This document shows positions 55,149 to 64,000 of a stretch of 64,000 nucleotides of DNA, piece after piece. How positions within the stretch are numbered: position 1 is the first letter of the stretch; each line of letters starts with the position of its first letter. Under the pieces are notes generated by a model, which ran no database searches, was not told where the DNA came from, and worked only from the letters and a program-made list of their open reading frames with translations. Origin of the DNA: Trichoplax sp. H2 (taxonomy: Eukaryota); assembly GCA_003344405.1 (NCBI GenBank), contig NOWV01000193.1, forward strand, positions 62,001-126,000. The letters run 5' to 3'. A program made the translations under genes and the position numbers.

Positions 55149-58119
55149 TTGTTATAGCATTCGTCAGATATCGAATTTTAGCCTAATATTGAATGAAATA
55201 GATGTTAATATAGGATGAGCTGAAAAGGATACTAGTAGGAGAATATAGATAGTATTGCTTGCTCATAATCATAGAAGTTTGGCGAATTATGGATAATATA
55301 AATCGATCAAAGGCGATACTAGACTACCATCAATGACTACTGTAAGAAGAAATTTAATTCCTAGATAGTTTACAGCATTCACCAACTTATTTAGCTTATT
55401 GTAAATAAACACAAATACGTTGCGACTTGGCCGACGTAATAGCTACCCAGATAATATAGTTAAAGATAATGATTAATACTTTAACGGTATTTTAAAAACG
55501 AGTGATTGCAATTATAAAGTAAAATTAAATGAGTATATAGCATATAATATCAATATGTAATCTTATAATAAGTCTTAATATAGATATATAAGAATTTAAT
55601 ATGCGAAATAGCATAGGCTAGATCAAAGCTCTAAATGTAGCCAGTCAAGTACTCATATCATGATATTATGTTGTGCTAGTTGATAGAAGTAAATAAGCAA
55701 AAGTTGCGTAATAAAAAGAACTAATTCACATCTACTCTTGGAGTAACTAACGTGTAAAAATAATAAAATAGAAATATAACGATCTATATTAGCAGATGTC
55801 ACAGATTTAATCGCTTTTAGTCGACTGTAATGTTAGCATTCAACGTGAATGCCATCTTTTCAATTTTTATAATGAGGCAATGATTTTTATTTTGCATCTT
55901 TAATAAGAAAATATTTAAATATCCATGCGTATCTCGTTATAACTAGTTTTAATTAATTATCATATAGCATCTTTGCCAATAAAAGAGTTAATCAAGCTGT
56001 TTACATCGGAGTAAATAACCAAGGAAGATTGAACTTAGATAATCCGCCTCAAATTTAATTGGGTACAATCCAGTAAACATGTAATTTTAATTGTTTAATG
56101 AATTAGAATAGTTGCAGAAATGAAGACTATATACTACAAGTATTGTCAGTTTGGTTTGTATCAGTCTCTTTTAAACATAATTAGTTAATTTCATGGTTTT
56201 ACTGTTCGCTTAATTGAGATATTTTTTGTTTTAATTAATTTAATGCTAATAATTTATTGTGAACAATTACAGGTATAATTTGAATAATTAACCATCTGTT
56301 CATTACGATTAAATCTTTGTTATTTTATTGATATGATATCAATAGATCGACTGAGCCATTATTCATTGAGGGGCAACACTACCGCGACTAGGCAAAGAAA
56401 TTTCTATATTTGGTGTCATCATTCAATAATTAATAATTAAAAAATCGAGAGCTTCGCATTGATAAAACCAGAGTCTAAGCAGCTGGCAGTATCGGATTTA
56501 TTTACTAATAAATCAAAAAGCAATATTGGTCAGGAGAATTTATAGCTAGATCTCGCGAATTTGATTATTCGCATAGGATTGAAACAATAGAGTAAAAGTT
56601 ATAAATCTATTAAATGCGGGGTAAGCAAGTGATTTGCTAATAAGTCTAAACATAAAAAGATAAAATTTATTCTAGTTTTGTCAAATTTACCAGCTTTAAG
56701 ATTGAATGAATATAACCCTCAGATTTTAAGCAAATACGTCATTTCTTAATGTAAGAGATTATTTTATCCTTCTCCATATATTAATTTTTAGAAAATACTT
56801 TGAATCCAGTTTCTACTTACTTTAAATAACTTAAATTACCAATCAAGGACGCCTTAAATACATAATACCAATCTATCTCCGCGTAAAAAATCGGACAAAA
56901 TCATATATATGGTATATTAAAAATTATGAGGCTGCAAAATTTACGATTCGTGGTCTGTATATTACTGTTAATAATGAAATCAAGAGGTAAGAAATCTCGA
57001 AAAATTCTGATATTTCTAATAACTATCCAACATTTTCTAGAAGTTTATCTCTTGTATTCCTATCCGTCATATCCATGAAATTGAATTAATCGATTTTTGA
57101 TGTTACATTATTGCCTTCACTGGCTTGTAACGCTTGAATATGTTACTTTAATGATTACAACCAGGAAGAAGATTAGATAGGAGTGTTACTGTAACATTTT
57201 TAAAAACGTCAAATCTTAAGATGGTTTTCTAAGCGATGCTATAAGTCATCAATTTAAGTATAATTCGGTTTAACTTAACATATTGATTGCTATCGATGAC
57301 GTTTGGATACAATTATAACTTCTCTAGTCCTAGATTAGCTTTATATTTTGTGCAACATTATACTGCAGTTGCTTTTGGAAATAGCTTCAACGTTGAGGTT
57401 GGTGTTATTAGATCCTATCCAGTACCTTATCTGATTAGCTTTAAAATTTTCAACGTTAAGTATTGAAAATTGAATTTAGTACATTACTCGTTACGTTTGT
57501 CTTTTTTACGAAATTGCGTCATTGCGTATTACTGTGATAACCTAGGAGAGAGCAAAACTAATATTAGCTAAGATATATCTGATGTTTGGGATTATAATGA
57601 TTGCTTTGTTAAGATTATCTTACTCAACCACTAATAACACATTTTTACATTAATATCATTTACGCTTGACGATATTATACATCATAAGTGCTGATAATCT
57701 TAACAATATTTCATAGCAGTTCTTTTGAAGTATGTGCGATTTGTTTAAATTGCGCAGTATAATATTAAATATCGCTACCATTTCGCCTTCGTGGTTATCT
57801 ACTTTGAAAATAATGCTATTTAGTCTAATATTTTTTGATTTTTGGCTATTAGTATCACAAGCTAAAAGTACTTCAAGCGTGTAGCCAATTATGATTATGA
57901 ATTTCATTTTCCTACGCTATCAGAAACTGAATTACAAATCAGTTGGCGATCCAATGTTGGATTAAATTAACTTAAGAATTTCAATCTTCCTAGAAGAAAA
58001 CAATCTACTTTGTTAATTATGAGCTTAAATTGGTTTAGGTGCTTAAAATTAGTTATCTATATGATTCCCTTCGTCTTTGGCAATTAGCTAAATAAAATGT
58101 ATGAAAGATTCTATGCTAG

Positions 58120-58555
58120 TGTCACAAACCAGCTTCGTGACAAGGATAACGTAAAACAAATCTCTAAATTACTCTAGTCTCCGGGATTCAGTATCCCTAC
58201 TCACAAGAATTTAGGCGCCTTTGATTCTACGTTAAACTCAACTAGACAATTGAGAACTGCTTTATTCAACTATCTGACGGGCTTATATACCCTTCTATAG
58301 CAGCTAACATTCACAAGTCATCTTATAAAAATACTTGGGTGAGAACATTTACTAACTAGTTTTTCACAGTCGGACTACAATATGTCTATTCACAGAATCA
58401 TTTCAGTGCACATTACAGCACAGCAATAAATTTACTGTAACACATTTATAATTAGAGTAATTCCTATTGTAAGGAACTAGATGTAATATATTATTACTAT
58501 ATTATACTAACCAAATTTAGATAACTATTTCTTCACGGTAGTTCATACCGTGACA
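58120..58555 (-). mobile_element. Solo-LTR-like element (436 bp), TSD GCTAG
   Basis: Perfect TGTCAC...GTGACA termini. GCTAG at 58115-58119 and 58556-58560. Minus-strand TATATAAG followed by AATAAA. Confidence 0.82.
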
Positions 58556-61242
58556 GCTAGTATTGATCGAATAGAGTCTAATCCTTTAATATTGCCGAGT
58601 TAGCTTGAACTAGTCAGCTCTTGAGCACGATTTAGCGCACATATGTTAGGTTATCGTACTAGAAGATTTGATCTATACTTAGCTACCATACGAAACGCTA
58701 AAATAATCTATATTATTCATATTACCATAATTTATTTTCGTGATACATGCCGTATAACTTTACCCTAATTGCTGTTTAAGGAAAAACTACTTGATTGAAA
58801 TATTAGAATTAGCTATCCTGATCACTGCGATTCGCTGTTAATATCATTTCATTCAATCTAGAAAGTTTCTTTTACACTGTTATTTGTGCAAGAAGTAAAT
58901 GACTTGGTCAGTCAATTTGCAATTTATTTACCTTGACTATTGGCCTTTTGATATCCTTTATGCGTTCATCTGGAGAACATCGAATAGCCTATTCCTAATC
59001 GGGTGCTTGAAACTTACCGCACTATTTTTTTCCCAATAATTATTCTTTGCAGGAAAATAATTAAAAAAATTATTTATACCAAGTACTCGAATTTTCAACT
59101 TTTGCAATAAACAGCATGGAACATATTGTTATTAAAAGTACAATAGTAAATAGTTTTACCCATTCTGATGTCAAGACCCACAGTTATTATGCAAACGGAA
59201 ATTAAAAGAATTTATTATACCGTCCTTCCTGGTAATAAAATAATACAGTACTATTAGATAAAGGTGCAAAGCTTAATTTTTTTCTTTTAGTCTCTTTAAT
59301 GCTGTGCTAACAGCTATTTATAGATTAAATTAATTTTTGTCTTGCCATAGATATCATAGGTGTTGCCAATCCTAGAAGGTGACTAATATTTTAGTTTATC
59401 ATATAGCCTAGGATATCCTTAGTGATCTTAATTTCAAGATTTCATTATTAAAGATATAGTCATTTTATTTTACATGTAATTAGGGGCAGAATGTTCTTCG
59501 GATAATTTAGTTAATTAATTAAATACGGATTGCAGTGAATTTGACTTAGAAATTTCTACTATAAAGGAAAGACGTGAATATATTGGAAGTTTAAAATTTT
59601 TCGTTTAAGAGTATATAGGAATAGATAGGGATAGACTTTGATCTATCGTTAAATAGGTAACAACATATTCTGTAGCGCGATAACTTGTCCAGTTGTCATG
59701 GCTTTTAAAAATGATTTCGAATAAAATTTATTATCAATATTGGAAGAGGTTTAGTTCAATCGTGTTCATGTAAATAAATTACTCTTGATTAATTTTCGCT
59801 GATGCAGTATCTTTATTCCTAATTATGTATATTGATTAATGCTGGGAACTGATAATTATGGAAAGGTTCAATTTATAAAATTGAATAATTTCTATCAATA
59901 CAACTAGAATTTTGTGCATTTCAGAAAGTAATAATACAGTATAAATACTATTAAAGTTTCATAAGTTGCAAAGTATAAATACAGCAAGTTCGGGAAGTGA
60001 AATTAATATAAAAGTATCTTAAAAAAGGAAGGTAACCTTTCTTCTTGAGATTCCGAATTTAATGTAAAAGATTTAATTACTCTAGTAATTGTTCTAAAGT
60101 GATTTACAGGCATTATAAAGTTCTGTTAATATTCCCTACATTCTCAGAATGTATGTGCTTGGGTGTATATGATAATGTCTTGAAATGTGAGCAGCTAAAT
60201 TTTTCTTGAACTCTTATGATATTATGGCCGTTCATCTCTGTAAAACAACTGAGAAATCTGATCATGCAGATAATTATAAAATATAGCATGCAAATTATTT
60301 ATAGCCATGTCATTAGCCTCCACAAATCACCACGATAAATTCAGACTTATGATTTACAAAGATCTTAATTTCATTATTTATGAACTCGCACACATAAATA
60401 TGTGACGATGAACACATTTATTCATGAAATATTACATTTGAGATCAGTCTAATTCAGTTAAATTATAGATGAACTACCACGTTTTCCTTTTAATTATTAC
60501 AATTTTATTACATTTTCTTAATTAAAGCAATCTTTAAGATTTGCAATTTTTTCGTAAAGACATGAATTAACATTTACATACTGTACTGTACTCATTACCA
60601 TACTACGTTATACGCAGTACTATACAAAAAAGTTCATTCTACTTTGCTTATGGTTGCGAGCTACTTTCTCTTTCTATTTTTCAACCGGTAATTTTTACCT
60701 TAGGTTTTAAAACAAATGAGTTCAGTACATGATGAATGCGTATGCTCACAGGTAAAAACATATAAACATTGGTAAACAATTATGGCGAAGTTATGGATTC
60801 GGCATAAGCTACTGCTGAGATAGGGTAATTTTATAATTATGTTTCAGTCAAAGTAACACTTTAGTTGTAGAAATTTAAAGGTCGAGTTAAAATGGTGACG
60901 AATTTCAGTACTCAAAAATTTCCGGTTATGTAGATGGCAGTCTATCTGTAAAAAATAATTATTAACGTTACATGTCTTAATTTAACTTTCGTAAACAAAA
61001 AAGACATATCATATTTTCATAGTTAATTTTGCTCAACTGTATCTTTGGACTAAATCAGTTATTTAGATGTATATCATTAAGAACGTTATCGTATTTACTG
61101 CATCGAATCCACTAGTATCAGTAGAATTAATAGTGAGACAATTTTAAATACCAATAAACTCTCTTTATACACTACTTATGCTTAATGTTTAGGTATAGTC
61201 TTGAGTCCAATCCGATCTTTTATTTACGAATTTTTATACATC

Positions 61243-63364
61243 ATGGCGCAATATTGGCATGCAATTATCATCAAGTGTAAATAAAGCACTTTTATATTTT
61301 ACAACTCATTTGATTATGTGCTTATATCGCATATTTTATGCATTATTTTTTAACGCTATTTCGTGGTGTAGATAAGCACCATATATGAGATATCATTTTA
61401 ACGTTATATTTGTAAAAGAAACACTTAAAGCACATATCACTATATAACAATAAAAACAATTTTGTATTTAACTGCTGTATAGTTCTTGGCACGCTTAAGC
61501 TTTGTGATAGCTGCTATGAAAACTCCTGCTGTAATTGTGTGGATTGGACAATATGCTATGGTCGGATGTCTTCTATATATACGAATGCTACAGATGCTCC
61601 TAACGACATTAGTACATCTTCAATTCAATCTCTGTAAGAAAATTTAAAGCCTAATATGAATACTAGTGCGTGAGTCGTGCTATTTTTATTATATGATATA
61701 TGTAGTATTAGTATCGAGCAATTGTTGACTTAGATTACCTAAGCAATTTCTGTATAGAAAGACCTCTGCTTACAAGACATTTAAAATTACGTTTGATTAT
61801 TTCTTCAGTATCTATAATAATTCACTTCAAATCAATAAGAAAAATATTAAAGAGCTATTTTGTTAGTTGTCTCAGTTAAGGATAAACTTATTTATGCATT
61901 TAAAGTTTAAAATAGTGTTTATCGTGAGATCTTTTATGACAAATCTCTTATTTTTAGGCAATATTAGTTCGTAAGTAAAGTCAATTCTTATGCTAACATG
62001 GCAACAACGAAATAACTGATATTTAGCTGCTGAGATAAATGAGCAAGAAGGAATTGATAGTAGAGAAATGATTGTAAAAAATTTAAATTTATCTTTTGTT
62101 GGAGCTTTACAACAGACAGAGATTATTGCTTATTAAATACCTTATATATAGCGGATTAAATATATGATTTTTTTTATTACTTTTGCCGTCGAAATTAAGG
62201 AGAATAAGGTTTGCTTTATCGTAAAGCGACTATGTTTTCCGAAGTCCACATTAGAAAATCATTGCAGCTATATAAGATGCACTATTACAAAATTTGCACA
62301 TCAGATATTATGGAAGTGCTTCTGCTTCATAGTGATCTATTACCGTGATCTTCCTTTATTATTATACTGAAAATAAATTCAAACTTTTACGGGCTGGTTT
62401 GTGATCTTAAAGACAGCAATAAAGAGTATATATCACAGATTCATACCTCACCGTGATCTCATACATCGCGCTACGTATCCTTGAAATTGTAGATAGTGCT
62501 GTGGATGGATTGGTCTGCATACATAATCTCTAACTACAAGAATCAATACAATAAAGTAATACTTACTCTGATACAATATCGTAACATCCATAGAGCCTTA
62601 CCATAATGAGGACTTCAGACTTAGATTACCGAAATTTTACAAATCCTACTGCAAATGTAGCTGCATTTTTAGTCTTCAAGTAGACCAATTTTCTTTGAAG
62701 CAAACTTATAATTTTTTTGTTTTTAAGATTTTAGTTTTAACGTTATTAACTGATAATATCTTATCCGTGACTCAGGTATGTCGAAAATTTAAATTCAACT
62801 ATTCAAGAATTGCTATTCTGTAGCTATCGAAATATGTAAGTTTTTGAGATAAGCACCAAATCAATAATCCTCCCTGCATGCACAAAATTAAATGTAATTG
62901 ATGTACATATTGTAAATCATTAAATATAATATTATAATACTTAATATATTTGCACTAAATACTATAAGCTATCGCTTTTTAATTTATCAGAGCAATATAT
63001 TCCAGTCATATTTATCGATTAGCGCCAGAGACATTTGAAAGATGCGATAATCTTAAGACATTGTAAGTTAAAGATTACAGAAACTAATCAGTCATGGTAG
63101 TTGTACAAATTTTTTCGAATGCGAATAATCTTTATACTTTTACAAAGAAAACTCCATGCCTAAAATCTTTCGCATAACCATGAAAGTGAAACCTATACAG
63201 TTTTTATGACCATAATTATTCCTTGTCAATGAATATAACTACTAGTGTGAAAAATTATGGTTATTATAAAAGTAATCAATTTCGTGCAGGAGCTTTATTC
63301 AAAATTTTCTCAAATTCGATGAAATAGTGGACGTTGTAACGGCGCTAGATTCACTGAAGGGACT
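61243..63364 (+). CDS. 5' part of a leucine-rich-repeat protein gene (partial, likely continues beyond the window)
   Basis: Cys-rich LRRNT-like exon 61483-61633 (CDSCYENSCCNCVDWTIC...PNDISTSSIQSL, ends phase 2). Phase-2/phase-2 exons of 72 nt (62991-63062, IYRLAPETFERCDNLKTL) and 75 nt (63290-63364). First coding exon uncertain (61243-61276 or 60736-60751). Intervening exons may be missed. Confidence 0.6.
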
Positions 63365-64000
63365 GTGAGTATGAGTATACATTCTCTGTATCATAATGTC
63401 AACGTTATTTGTAAAATAATGCAAAATAAGTATTAGTAAATTTTAATCGAATTCTACTAGGAGCTTCGATTTTAATATTCGCATTCAATTTTGCCACACT
63501 TGTAATTTTAAGCTAATTTGTGCTAAAATTTGGAAAAATATTGATCGAAAATAAAATATTAAGTAATGATAACAAATAAGGATACCTTAGGTTATATTCG
63601 CTTCTGTTTTTTCGGGGACCTATTTTCACTTACTGTAATGTAACTTAGTAATGTGATTGTAGACTGTTAGCCATGTTTAGTATAATGTACGGTAGATATT
63701 TATCCTAAGAGATATTTGGTAACTATAACTATAGACTGTAGTGGTATAGACTCTATACTAGAATACAGATGACTATATACAGTAAGGTGTTGAGTTACTA
63801 ATAAGGTTATAGGTAAAAATAGAACTGTAAATCATATATTAGGATATGCTTAATTCATTATACTTTGGCTGGTGTGAATAATGTCTACGTAAATACTGTA
63901 GTTGTATCCATATTGGATTAATGATGATCCGCAGTAGAATAGTCTTACTAAGAATAATTTAACTATGTATACAACAAGGTAAAATGTTGCCATGCGGATT

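Overview
AT-rich animal genomic DNA with short spliceosomal introns. The gene content and abundant CAGTA/TACTG pentamer arrays suggest a placozoan such as Trichoplax (inference). Genes, read by hand through splice sites: an intronless SoxB2-type HMG-box gene; a head-to-head pair of SLC35F3/F4-like transporter paralogs with identical intron positions; an equilibrative nucleoside transporter with a probable GC-AG intron; a 5-exon TMEM18 absent from the ORF track; four divergent CD20/MS4A-like tetraspan genes (three intact, one pseudogene with a stop at the conserved Trp and a frameshift); and the 5' exons of an LRR protein running off the right end. Non-genic structure: a duplication around an N-gap whose two copies differ by a ~260 bp foldback hairpin, CAGTA arrays near gene starts, 104-bp and 91-bp tandem repeats, and at least six solo-LTR-like elements with 5-bp target-site duplications, one nested in another. 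No CRISPR, rRNA or tRNA was recognised. No clearly novel multi-gene system is demonstrable; the MS4A-like cluster is the best candidate.
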